Shown here: positions 1 through 8,848 of the stretch, in pieces
Position numbering within the stretch: the first letter of the stretch is position 1
Layout of the letters: the number at the start of each line of letters is the position of its first letter
Source: a virus
Virus record (IMG/VR): IMGVR_UViG_3300045988_123020
Coordinates: 1-45,792 of that record
DNA length: 45,792 nt
Direction: 5' to 3' (one strand)
The notes under the pieces: model-generated
Told to the model about the DNA's origin: nothing
Databases searched by the model: none
The model's input: only the letters and a program-made list of their open reading frames with translations
Program-made: the position numbers and the translations under genes

Positions 1-78
1 AGTCTTAAGACGTAATTGGTATTGATTCTGATTCTGTCGTTGCTTTAAGTCTTAAAACGTAATTGGTTATTGTTGTTG
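1..78. repeat. left-end copies of the 47-bp terminal tandem repeat (31-bp partial unit plus one degenerate unit)
   Basis: Bases 1-55 are identical to 45707-45761. The unit carries the perfect 10-bp palindrome GTCTTAAGAC (2-11). The second copy (32-78) has a substitution in the palindrome and decays into GTT-rich sequence. Confidence 0.85.
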
Positions 79-506
79 TTGTCGTTGCCTCGGCGTCGAG
101 TATATTAGCGGCTTGGTGGATCTGGGTCGGACCTCGGTCGGGGCTTGATCGTTGTTGGTTGGTGGTTGTTGTGGCTTGGGCGCGTGATTCTGCGAGGCGG
201 CGTCGGTTGCCGTCTGATTGGGCGTCTAGGCGGCGTGCGGTGTTGGCTCGTGATGGTGGTCGTTGCCAGTGGAAGGTTGATGCGTTGTCGGTGTGTGGTG
301 CCCCGGCTACGGATGTGGATCATATCGTTGCGGGTGATGATGATTCGTTTGGTAATTTGCGGGCGTTGTGTCGTGAGCATCATGCGGTGAAGTCGTCGCG
401 TGAGGGGCATGCGGCGTTGGCTCGTATGCGTCGTGAGGTTGCTGGTCGGTTTCGTCGTGTGGAGCCGCATCCTGGTTTGCGTGGGGGTGGTGTGAATGGC
501 TCGTAG
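63..506 (+). CDS. HNH endonuclease (true start probably internal, e.g. GTG 171)
   Basis: Motif RRRLPSDWASRRRAVLARDGGRCQW...DVDHIV...FGNLRALCREHHAVKS is a classic HNH/zinc-binding core. It sits immediately upstream of the terminase genes, as in cos-type HK97-like phages. The N-terminal 36 codons are Val-rich and look non-native. Confidence 0.85.
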   Translation: MVIVVVVVASASSILAAWWIWVGPRSGLDRCWLVVVVAWARDSARRRRLPSDWASRRRAVLARDGGRCQWKVDALSVCGAPATDVDHIVAGDDDSFGNLRALCREHHAVKSSREGHAALARMRREVAGRFRRVEPHPGLRGGGVNGS

Positions 507-1035
507 TGGTCCGGTGCCCGCCAGGCGGGATGAGTTGGTGGATCAGCGTCCGTCGAGGACGCAGCATGTGACTGGTGGCGTTCTGATGGGCGTGTCGCCG
601 CGTAAGGCGGATCGTAAGTGGCATCCGACTGCTAAGCGCATGTATGAGGCTATTGGGGCGTCTGGTCAGTCGTTTTGGTTTCAGCAGACGGACTGGGAGA
701 TGGCTTACTCGCTGTGCGAGGATTTGTCGGCGTATAAGCGTCAGCAGGATGAGGCTGTGCGTGCTCGTGCGTTGCGTGCTGGTTGGGATGCTGAGGCTGC
801 GTCGTTGAAGCCGTCTGAGCGTGAGGCTCGGGGGTTTACGCGTGATCGTCCGCCGTTGTTGCGTGATCCGTCGTCGCAGCGTTTGGCGACGATTTATATG
901 GAGTTGGGTAAGTTGGGGATGTCGGAGTCGGAGCGTCGTAGGGCTGGTATTGAGTTGCGGCCTGATGAGTCTGAGGTGGTTCCGGCGTCGGTGACTGTGA
1001 TGGATGGGTACCGTAAGCGGTTGCAGTCTGTGTAG
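496..1035 (+). CDS. terS: terminase small subunit
   Basis: ATG overlaps the HNH stop. The 179-aa product lies just upstream of the large terminase. It has a basic N-terminus (ARRDELVDQRPSR) and a helical WHPTAKRMYEAIGASGQSFWFQQTDWEMA region typical of actinophage small terminases. Confidence 0.65.
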   Translation: MARSGPVPARRDELVDQRPSRTQHVTGGVLMGVSPRKADRKWHPTAKRMYEAIGASGQSFWFQQTDWEMAYSLCEDLSAYKRQQDEAVRARALRAGWDAEAASLKPSEREARGFTRDRPPLLRDPSSQRLATIYMELGKLGMSESERRRAGIELRPDESEVVPASVTVMDGYRKRLQSV

Positions 1036-1059
1036 TTGTTGTTGTTGTGGGGGTTGTTA

Positions 1060-1305
1060 GTGGTTGTTGTTTATAGTAAGCCTGGTTGTGGTGCTTGTGT
1101 TGCGACTAAGCGGGTGTTGGATAAGGCGGGCGTCTCGTATGAGACGGTTGACGTGAGCGTTGATTCTGCGGCTCGTGAGATGTTGGTTGAGCGCGGGTTT
1201 AGCGCGATGCCGGTTGTGGCTCCTACGGGTGATGTGGGGTCGTGGTTTGGCGGCTTTAGGCTGCAGCGTTTGCGTGAGGTTATTGCTGCTGAGGCGGCCG
1301 CTTAG
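1060..1305 (+). CDS. nrdH: NrdH-like glutaredoxin/thioredoxin-fold redoxin
   Basis: VVVYSKPGCGACVATKRVLDKAGVSYETVDV...MPVV has a CxxC (CGAC) after the first beta strand, and its ~80-aa size matches NrdH. The ORF is open from 1036; GTG 1060 follows a GGGGG RBS. Confidence 0.8.
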   Translation: MVVVYSKPGCGACVATKRVLDKAGVSYETVDVSVDSAAREMLVERGFSAMPVVAPTGDVGSWFGGFRLQRLREVIAAEAAA

Positions 1306-1631
1306 AGGTTGTTCCCGGTAGCTGATTCGGCCTGGCCTGCACAATGGGGTGTGGGTTCGGGCCGGAGTTCCTTTAGCTCCTCGTCGTCCTCTGGGACTGG
1401 TGGGGCGTAGTATTGCCCCGTCACTTCCTGTCTCCTGGCGTTGGGGGCGGGTTCCGTGGCGGGACGTTTTTTGGTGGCCCCCGTACGCTGAAACGGCGAG
1501 TCGTGGCCCTGGGTCCGCGACGTGGCGCGCGAGCACGACGGCTATATGGCGGGGGCATTTTCTTGGTAGTGGTAGCGGGGTTCGCCTCGCGGCCGCCCCC
1601 CTGACGGTTTTCGTTGGGGGGTTCATCTTTG

Positions 1632-1715
1632 GCCCGTGTGGTGGAATTTGGTAGACACACCACACTCAAAATGTGGCGCCCTTGGGGCGTGCGGGTTCGA
1701 GTCCCGCCACGGGTA
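1632..1715 (+). tRNA. tRNA-Leu (anticodon CAA), type II with long variable arm
   Basis: Hand-folded cloverleaf. Acceptor GCCCGTG/CACGGGT (G1:U72). Anticodon stem CCACA/TGTGG with loop CTCAAAA (anticodon CAA). Variable arm CGCCCTTGGGGCGT. T-arm GCGGG-TTCGAGT-CCCGC. Discriminator A. No encoded CCA. Confidence 0.85.
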
Positions 1716-1833
1716 CTTGTGTGTTGATGGGGGTTGCGGATGCGTCTTACCCCACCAGGTGTGGGTGGAGCATCTGGGGCCGTGCTTGTTCGTTTGGTTG
1801 GCGGCACGGCCCCTGCCTTTTCGTTGTGTGTAG

Positions 1834-4548
1834 TTGTGTGTTGATGGGTTGGGGGGTGTCCTGGTTTTGGTCGATGTTGATAAGGCTGGGACACCCCCTG
1901 GTGGTCCCTATGATGGTTTGTCTGATGAGGAGATTCTTGAGCGTTTCGCGCCGGTGCATTATGGGCCGACGTGGGAGCGCGGCGATGATGGCCGATTCGT
2001 TTTGCCTGAGCATACGTTGGGCTGGGAGATTGCTCGGTGGTGTTCGGATTATTTGGAGCCGCTTGGTGCTGATCAGGAGGTGTTTGAGTTTACCTTGGAG
2101 CAGTTGCGTATCGTCCTGTGGTGGTATGCGGTTGATGATGAGGGTAAGTTCATTTACCGGCGTCGCGGGGTGCTGCAGCGGATTAAGGGTTGGGGTAAGG
2201 ATCCGTTGCTTGCGGTGTTGTGTTTGGTTGAGGCGTTTGGTCCGTCCCGGTTTGCTGGGTGGGGTTCTGATGGTGAGCCTGTTGGGCGTCGGTGTCCGCA
2301 GGCGTTGGTGCAGATTTTCGCGTTGAAGCAGGAGCAAACTAGCAACACGTTCGATATGTTCCATGTGCTTGTTGGTGACAAGATGCGTGCGAAGTATGGC
2401 GCGGATGTGAAGCTGCAGATTGTGCGTGGTTGTAACAACACGGCGCGCATCGAGGTCAAGACGTCGTCGTTCCGTTCGACGGAGGGTAACCGTTGTACTT
2501 TCGCACTGCTCAATGAGGCGTTGGATGTTGATACGGTGATTCCGACTCCCGCTGGCGCGCGACGTATGGGTGATCTGGTCGCGGGCGATGAGGTGTATGG
2601 GCCTGATGGCGTGCCGGTGCGCGTGGTTGAGGCTAAGCCTGTTCAGGTTGGCCGTGATTGTTACCGCGTGACTGTTGGTGGCGTTGATTCGGTTGTTGCG
2701 TCGGATGGGCATTTGTGGATGACACGGGTTGCCAGTAGTGCGGCTAAGCCGCGTATTCGTTCGACGCGTGAGATGGTTGAGGATGGGCGTCGGTTTATGG
2801 TGCCTCGTTCTGGCCCGCGCGTTCTGCCTGATGCTGATCTTCCTGTTGATCCTTATGTGCTTGGTTATTGGCTGGGCGATGGGTCTACTGGCGATTGCAA
2901 TATTGCTGTCGGCTTGGAGGACGTGGACTGGGTGATGGGCGAGTTTGAGCGTCGCGGTTATCCGTTGCATCGTGTCGGCAATTCCGGCACGCCTCGCCTG
3001 AGCTTTTCTGACCGTGCTGGGTTTGGTGCTGATATGGGGCCGGATCATGCGAGGGTTTTCCGTACTCTCCCGTGTTACTGGGATAAGCACATTCCTGATG
3101 TGTTCATGGAGTCGAGTGTTGAGCAGCGGTTGGACCTGTTGCGCGGTTTGATGGATTCTGATGGGTGTGCTCGCGCGGATGGTTACGCCGTGTTTGTTGG
3201 GTGTGATCGTTTGGCTGAGCAGGTGTTTGAGCTTGCGGCGTCGTTGGGGTTCTTGCCTCATAAACGTTACGTGGCGGATGAGCGTTCGCGCGATGGTGGC
3301 TATTGGCATGTGGGATTCATGATCGAGGGCCTTAACCCGTTCCTGATGCCTCGCAAGGCTGAGCGTTCGCCGTTACGTGAGCGCCGCGAGTGGGTGTCGA
3401 TTGACATTGAGCAGGTGGAGTCTCGCCCTGTTCGCTGTATTGCGGTGGATAATGAGTCGCACTTGTTCCAGGCGAGCCACTGCGTCGTTACCCATAACAC
3501 GCAGCACTGGTTGCCGCAGAACAATGGGCAGAAGCTAAAGAATACGGTCGAGGGTAATACGACGAAGATGAAGTCGCGTTACCTTGCTATTACGAACGCG
3601 TATAAGCCTGGTGAGGGCAGCGTGGCTGAGGACGACCGTGAGGCGTATATGAAGTCGTTGGAGGGCCTGACGACGGAGACTGACGTGTTCTATGACTCGT
3701 TGGAGGCCCCGGATGATACGCCGTTGGATGAGCGCGTGTTTAAGGTTTTGTATAACGCTGTGCGTGGGGATTCGGTGTGGTGTGATGCTGATGAGGCGTG
3801 GCGGTCGGTGTTGAATCCGTCGCGTCCGACGTCGGAGTCTCGCCGCATGTACTTGAATCAGGTGTGGCAACCGGAGGGGAACTTGTTCTCGTCGGCTGAG
3901 TGGAAGCGTATTGAGCGTAAGGCGACGTTGGAGCCTGGTGACCGGATCGTGCTCGGGTTCGATGGTGGTAAGTCTGACGACTCTACGGCGCTTATTGCTA
4001 TCCGCGTGTCGGATGGGCTGATGGTGCCGTTGCTGCTTGAGGAGAAGCCGTTGGACCTTGCGGGCGACTGGGAGGTTGATCGTGAGCGCGTGGACTCTAT
4101 GGTCCACAGGTGCTTCCGTGACTACGACGTTGTTGGGTTCTATGCGGACGTCGCGTTGTGGGAGTCGTACATTCATGAGTGGACTTTGGATTATGGTGAG
4201 CGGCTTGTGGCTCGCGCGTCGGACAGGGGTCCGATTGCGTGGGATATGCGTGGTTCTCGTAAGCGGACGGTGGGCCTGCATGAGGCGTTTATGGCGGCGA
4301 TTCTTGATGGCCGGGTGTCGCATGGTGGTTCGCGTGAGTTGGCGGCGTCGTTCCGTCGTCACGTGTTGAATGTGTTGCGTAAGGATACGCCGTATGGCGT
4401 GTCGTTTATGAAGGCTGGCCGCGAGTCGAAGAAGAAGATTGACATGTATGCGGCGGCAATGTTGGCGTTTGGTGCTTATCGGGATTATCAGACTGAGATG
4501 GCGTCGAGGCCGGTTGCGAAGGCTGGGGGGTCGTTCTTCCGGTTCTGA
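1834..4548 (+). CDS. terL: terminase large subunit, intein-containing precursor (exteins 1834-2517 and 3499-4548)
   Basis: The 904-aa ORF sits between terS and the portal gene. The N-extein ends in the Walker-B-like TFALLNE and the C-extein resumes TQHWLPQNNG. The C-terminal nuclease-type region includes GDRIVLGFDGGKSDDSTALIAI. The start could be slightly downstream (TTG 1867). Confidence 0.9.
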   Translation: MCVDGLGGVLVLVDVDKAGTPPGGPYDGLSDEEILERFAPVHYGPTWERGDDGRFVLPEHTLGWEIARWCSDYLEPLGADQEVFEFTLEQLRIVLWWYAVDDEGKFIYRRRGVLQRIKGWGKDPLLAVLCLVEAFGPSRFAGWGSDGEPVGRRCPQALVQIFALKQEQTSNTFDMFHVLVGDKMRAKYGADVKLQIVRGCNNTARIEVKTSSFRSTEGNRCTFALLNEALDVDTVIPTPAGARRMGDLVAGDEVYGPDGVPVRVVEAKPVQVGRDCYRVTVGGVDSVVASDGHLWMTRVASSAAKPRIRSTREMVEDGRRFMVPRSGPRVLPDADLPVDPYVLGYWLGDGSTGDCNIAVGLEDVDWVMGEFERRGYPLHRVGNSGTPRLSFSDRAGFGADMGPDHARVFRTLPCYWDKHIPDVFMESSVEQRLDLLRGLMDSDGCARADGYAVFVGCDRLAEQVFELAASLGFLPHKRYVADERSRDGGYWHVGFMIEGLNPFLMPRKAERSPLRERREWVSIDIEQVESRPVRCIAVDNESHLFQASHCVVTHNTQHWLPQNNGQKLKNTVEGNTTKMKSRYLAITNAYKPGEGSVAEDDREAYMKSLEGLTTETDVFYDSLEAPDDTPLDERVFKVLYNAVRGDSVWCDADEAWRSVLNPSRPTSESRRMYLNQVWQPEGNLFSSAEWKRIERKATLEPGDRIVLGFDGGKSDDSTALIAIRVSDGLMVPLLLEEKPLDLAGDWEVDRERVDSMVHRCFRDYDVVGFYADVALWESYIHEWTLDYGERLVARASDRGPIAWDMRGSRKRTVGLHEAFMAAILDGRVSHGGSRELAASFRRHVLNVLRKDTPYGVSFMKAGRESKKKIDMYAAAMLAFGAYRDYQTEMASRPVAKAGGSFFRF
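2518..3498 (+). mobile_element. class-3 intein (327 aa) with embedded LAGLIDADG homing endonuclease
   Basis: Starts ALDVDTVIPTPAG (Ala1, no N-terminal nucleophile). Block B is SDGHLW (Trp at B:12). Block F is RPVRCIAVD (Cys at F:4). Block G is VVTHN followed by +1 Thr, giving the WCT triplet. Two LAGLIDADG motifs are present: LGYWLGDGS and LLRGLMDSDG. Confidence 0.85.
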
Positions 4549-4561
4549 GGGGTGATGTGTT

Positions 4562-6049
4562 GTGGCGTTGATTGATGCTGGTGATTCGTTGGAGGCTCTT
4601 GTTGGTGAGGGCTTGCGGGTGTTGAGGCGTGATTGGGAGGATGGGCTTGAGGTTGCTGACGCGTATTTGCGTGGCGATTTTGACGACCCGTATTCTCCGA
4701 AGGGCATGTTGCCGGAGCATAAAGCGATGATGCGTCGTGCTCGCCAGAATTGGTGTGAGATTCCGGTTAATGCGGCGGTGCAGGCGTTGGCGGTTGACGG
4801 GTTCCGCTCGGGGGATCAGAGAGCAGGTGGCGAGCGTTCGTCTGAGACCCCCGAGTGGGACTTGTGGCAGCGCAGCAATTTGGATGCGAAGCAGGCGCAG
4901 GTCCACAGGTCGGCGGTGGCGTATGGTCAGGCGTTCACGGTGGTTGAGCGCGGGCAGGACGGTAGGGCCTATGTTCGCGTCCTGTCGGCGTTGCGGACTG
5001 TTTGCCTGTTCGAGGACGCCCTGTCGGACGATAACGCGATTCTTGCATTGTCGGTGATGCGTCGTCCTGGCGAGGGGCCGGATGGTCACCCCAAGCCTGG
5101 CCTGGCGGTCGCCTGGGATCGTTACAACCGTTACGACGTGGTTCTGCCTCATGGTGGTGGCGAGCCTCGTGTTGGTCCTGGCGTTGCGCATGGCGGGAAC
5201 GGTCATTGTCCGGTGACGCGGTTTGTGTCGCAGATGGACGACGAGGGGCGCGTGCAGGGCGCGGTCCTACCGTTGAAGCAGTGGCAGGACTCGTTTAATC
5301 AGATGCTTTTCAATCTGCTTTTGGAGCAGTCGCATGGCGCGCATCGCGTGTTGTGGGCGACGGGGTTGGAGCCTGCGGTCGCGGTGGACGCGGACGGCAT
5401 GCCGGTGGTTGGCCCTGATGGTGGGGTTGTTCGGCAGCCAATTGCGGCGGGGCCGGGCGACTTCCTGGTCAACTCGTCGCCGGATGGCAAGTTTGGGTCC
5501 CTGCCGGTTGGCGACCAGTCCGGCTATATTGCGGCGATGGATGCGCTGATTAAGGACTTCAGTGCTATCTCGCAGACGCCGCCTAACTTCCTCCTCGGCC
5601 AGATGGCGAACTTGTCTGCTGACGCGTTGAACGCTGCTGAGAAGTCGTTCCGCCGCAAGGTCGAGTTGTACCGCACTCAGTTTGGTGAGTCGTGGGAGCG
5701 GACGTTGCGTGTGGGTATGGTGCTAGAGGGTCGCGCGGAGCGCGACCAGTGGGAGCATAACGAGGTGTTGTGGCGTGACCTTGAGTCGGCTGCTTTGTCT
5801 CAGACGGCGGATGCGTTGTCGAAGTTGCGGGAGATTGGGGTGCCGTCTCGTGGTTTGTGGGAGATGGTGCCTGGCGTGTCGCCGGTTCAGTTGGATCGTT
5901 GGGATGAGTTGGCTGTGTCGGAGCGTTTGGGTTCTGATTTTGGTGCGGCTGTTCAGGGGTTTAGCGTGATGGGCACACAGGACGCTCTGGATGGGCCTGT
6001 GGCGGCCTCGGATGGCGAGCCCGCGTCTTTGGCTGGCGGTGACGCGTAG
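4562..6049 (+). CDS. portal protein
   Basis: The 495-aa ORF directly follows terL, with a GAGGGG RBS before GTG 4562. Size, synteny and an acidic C-terminus are typical of SPP1/HK97-type portals. Confidence 0.8.
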   Translation: MALIDAGDSLEALVGEGLRVLRRDWEDGLEVADAYLRGDFDDPYSPKGMLPEHKAMMRRARQNWCEIPVNAAVQALAVDGFRSGDQRAGGERSSETPEWDLWQRSNLDAKQAQVHRSAVAYGQAFTVVERGQDGRAYVRVLSALRTVCLFEDALSDDNAILALSVMRRPGEGPDGHPKPGLAVAWDRYNRYDVVLPHGGGEPRVGPGVAHGGNGHCPVTRFVSQMDDEGRVQGAVLPLKQWQDSFNQMLFNLLLEQSHGAHRVLWATGLEPAVAVDADGMPVVGPDGGVVRQPIAAGPGDFLVNSSPDGKFGSLPVGDQSGYIAAMDALIKDFSAISQTPPNFLLGQMANLSADALNAAEKSFRRKVELYRTQFGESWERTLRVGMVLEGRAERDQWEHNEVLWRDLESAALSQTADALSKLREIGVPSRGLWEMVPGVSPVQLDRWDELAVSERLGSDFGAAVQGFSVMGTQDALDGPVAASDGEPASLAGGDA

Positions 6050-6909
6050 TGCCCGCAGACGCGCGTGTGGAGGTCTTGTTGAGGGCGTTTGAGGCGTCGC
6101 TTGGCAGGTTGAGTTTGGGGACCGTGCGGGACGTGTCCCGCTGGTGGGAGCAGGTGGATAAGGGCGGCGATGTTGTGGCCCGGTTCGGTGAGGTGCTTGT
6201 GGAGCCGTGGGATCGTGGCGCGGTGTTGGGGGTGGCGTTCTACCGTTTGTTGAGGGCGTTGCAGACGGGCCGCACGGTCCCCTCCCCTATTCGGGGGCAT
6301 GCGCAGGGCGGTGAGGTGTCGTTGGGTGAGTTGGTGCGCGAGTTCAACGAGGCGGCTGGGATAAACGCTTTGACTGCGTCGTCTCTGGCTGGCGTGCGAG
6401 TGCAGGTGGACAAGCAGGCGACGCCGGACCTTGCAGCGTTGCGTGACACTGATGTGAAGGCGGCGCAGGCGTTGTTGCGTGCCCGGCTGGAGGCTGGCGA
6501 GGTGTCGTCTGGCGTGGTGGCTGGCGTGGGTCAGCAGGCGGCGGCTGGCGGTGTCCGGTCGGTGGTGCGTGACATGGGTGACCGTGACCCAGCTCGGCAG
6601 GCGTGGATCAGGGTGTCCGGGACGGGCACGCCGTGCGCGTTCTGCGCGATGCTACTGTCTCGTGGCGCGGTGTATTCGGGGAAGCATGAGGCGTTGCGGC
6701 ATGACGTGACGCACGCGAATGGCACTCACGGCTATCACCCGAATTGTCATTGTTACGCGTTGCCCCTGTTTGCGGGGTCAAGCATTGAGGGTTCTCGTTT
6801 CGCGGTGAATCGGGAGATGCAGAATCTTTGGTACAACGATTTCGGCGGTAAGGGCTTGAAGGGCAAGTCCGGCTGGCGGAGTTTCTACTACCGCAAGTTC
6901 AAGCGGTAG
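6049..6909 (+). CDS. MuF-like minor head / head morphogenesis protein
   Basis: GTG overlaps the portal stop (TAGTG). The C-terminal motif CAFCAMLLSRGAVYS...YHPNCHCYALP matches the HPNC(R/H)C signature of the Phage_Mu_F/SPP1 gp7 family. Confidence 0.75.
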   Translation: MPADARVEVLLRAFEASLGRLSLGTVRDVSRWWEQVDKGGDVVARFGEVLVEPWDRGAVLGVAFYRLLRALQTGRTVPSPIRGHAQGGEVSLGELVREFNEAAGINALTASSLAGVRVQVDKQATPDLAALRDTDVKAAQALLRARLEAGEVSSGVVAGVGQQAAAGGVRSVVRDMGDRDPARQAWIRVSGTGTPCAFCAMLLSRGAVYSGKHEALRHDVTHANGTHGYHPNCHCYALPLFAGSSIEGSRFAVNREMQNLWYNDFGGKGLKGKSGWRSFYYRKFKR

Positions 6910-6966
6910 GCGATTGGTGGAGGCCCTGGCGGTCTCATTGGTGTTCCCGCGTGTCGTCCTGGTGGC

Positions 6967-7575
6967 GTGCGTGGGCTTTGTTTTTGGGAGTGTGTTTTGG
7001 CGGACGAGAAGAATGTGGCTGATGAGGCTGAGGCGGTTGAGGGTGGCGCGCCGGGAGCGCGCGGCGATGATGCGCAGGTTGAAGCAGCGGAGCAGGTGCA
7101 GGTGGAAGGCGATGCGGGCGAGGGCCAGGACGGCTCTCCTCGCAAGGTTGATGAATTGCCTGAGTGGGCGCAGCGCGAACTGAAGGGGGCGCGTGACGAG
7201 GCGGCGAGGTATCGCACGCAGTTGCGTGAGGTTCAGGAGTCGGTGAAGGGCCTCAAGACGGTTGAGGAGTTTGAGGCCGCGATGTCGGCGGCTGATGAAA
7301 AGACGCGTCAGGTTGAGGCTGAGCTTGACCGTGTGCGCGTTCGTCAGCAGGTGCGTGATGAGTTCCCGAATCTGCCCGGTAAGGCGTTTGAGTTCGTCAA
7401 GGATGGCACGGTTGAGGAGATGCGTGCGGCGTGTGAGGAGTTGGCGTCCCTGGTGGGCGCTGGTGGCGGCGCGGCTGGTCTCCCCAGGAAGGGCGGGGGC
7501 CTTGCTCCCGCTGAGGAGACGGACGCTGAGTTTGATGCGCGCGAGTTTGTTCGCAGTCGCGTGCCTCGTATTTGA
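6967..7575 (+). CDS. capsid scaffolding protein (likely start TTG 6997)
   Basis: Very acidic, Ala/Glu-rich, predicted coiled-coil protein (ADEAEAVEGG...EELASLVGAGG) immediately upstream of the major capsid gene. Confidence 0.7.
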   Translation: MRGLCFWECVLADEKNVADEAEAVEGGAPGARGDDAQVEAAEQVQVEGDAGEGQDGSPRKVDELPEWAQRELKGARDEAARYRTQLREVQESVKGLKTVEEFEAAMSAADEKTRQVEAELDRVRVRQQVRDEFPNLPGKAFEFVKDGTVEEMRAACEELASLVGAGGGAAGLPRKGGGLAPAEETDAEFDAREFVRSRVPRI

Positions 7576-7622
7576 CGTTCTCTGTCTGTTTGGTTTCGTG
7601 AGTTTGTAGAGGAGATTTTGTT

Positions 7623-8666
7623 ATGGTGGCTGTTACCCATACCCCGGTGAAGCCGGAAAAGCTTGCTGCGACTGCGGTCGCACTGACTGAGCGTGAGCTT
7701 GTTGTTCCTACCCTTTTCACTAAGAAGGGCATTGAGGATTTTAAGGGCGCCAAGGATGACACTCTGAATGTGAAGGTGCCGGGTATTCTTCCTGCGCGCG
7801 ATTATGAGTGGCGTAATAACCGCGCTCAGGAACTGATTCTTGATCCGTACAAGGAGCGCAAGATCGCGGTTCGTTTCGGCGGTGACGCGTATTCTGCGAC
7901 GTCGCTGACGGATGAGGAGTGGGAGTTCGATTTCAATGGCTGGGGCACGTCGATCCTGCCCGCTCAGGCTCACGCGGTTGCTCGCAAGCTTGAGTATGGC
8001 GCTGTGAAGGCTCTCAAGACGGGCAAGTACACGGTTGAGATTGGCGCGAAGGAAAACAACATCCTCAAGGACATTATTGAGGCTCGTCGCGCTCTGAACC
8101 TGTTGGGCGCGTCGAAGGTCTCTAGGACCCTGGTTGTGGGTTCCGACTGGGATACCCTGTTGCAGTCTGCGGACTTTGTGAAGGCCGCGTCGGTTGGTGA
8201 CAAGCTGGCTGAGACGGCGTTTGCTGACGCAGTCCTGGGTAAGGTCAAGGGCTTCAATATCGTCGTGTCGGAGGATTTGCCGTCTGACGAGGCGTACGCT
8301 CTGGCCGGTGACGCGTTCATCTTCCTTAACGCTGCGCCGCATGTTCCTGAGTCTGTGAAGGGTGCGACGGGCATTAGCGATTCGGGTATCGCAATGCGCT
8401 GGATGCGCGACTATGACGCGATGCGTTTGCAGGAGCGTTCGATTGTGAATACCTGGTATGGCTTCCAGCAGGTTCTTGACCCGGTTGTGTACTGGGATGA
8501 GACGGCTGGTGTGGAGAAGATTTCCGACGACCAGTACTCGCTGCGTGCGGTCAAGCTCAAGCTGGGCGGCACGGACAAGTACTTCACTGAGGGCACTGAC
8601 AAGACTGTGGTTGGTAAGGCCCTCGGACTTGACAAGCGTTCCAAGCACACGGCTGCTGCTGGTTGA
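7623..8666 (+). CDS. major capsid protein (HK97-fold type)
   Basis: A 347-aa ORF with a strong RBS (GAGGAG) follows the scaffold gene. A 182-nt untranslated spacer follows it. Composition and size are typical of actinophage major capsid proteins. Confidence 0.85.
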   Translation: MVAVTHTPVKPEKLAATAVALTERELVVPTLFTKKGIEDFKGAKDDTLNVKVPGILPARDYEWRNNRAQELILDPYKERKIAVRFGGDAYSATSLTDEEWEFDFNGWGTSILPAQAHAVARKLEYGAVKALKTGKYTVEIGAKENNILKDIIEARRALNLLGASKVSRTLVVGSDWDTLLQSADFVKAASVGDKLAETAFADAVLGKVKGFNIVVSEDLPSDEAYALAGDAFIFLNAAPHVPESVKGATGISDSGIAMRWMRDYDAMRLQERSIVNTWYGFQQVLDPVVYWDETAGVEKISDDQYSLRAVKLKLGGTDKYFTEGTDKTVVGKALGLDKRSKHTAAAG

Positions 8667-8848
8667 AGGGATGAACCGGTAGTTCCGGCCTCGGGGGCGA
8701 GCGGTCCGCCGCCGCTGCGCCCTGAGGCGGAGCACTGGGATGAGCTGTAGTTGTGGGGCGGTGTTCTCCAGGGTTGGCTTGCATCCCGTTAATGTGCGCG
8801 AGGTGTCAACCCTGGGGCGCGCCCCCCTTGGCTTGAGGGGGTGTTCGC

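Noticed and set aside
8768-8815. Perfect 9-bp inverted repeat CCAGGGTTG-N30-CAACCCTGG and the GGGGCGCGCCCC palindrome after the major capsid gene, as a terminator
   Set aside because: No U-tract follows either structure, and the loop is large. It may attenuate transcription or stabilise the capsid mRNA, but I cannot support a terminator call from the sequence alone.
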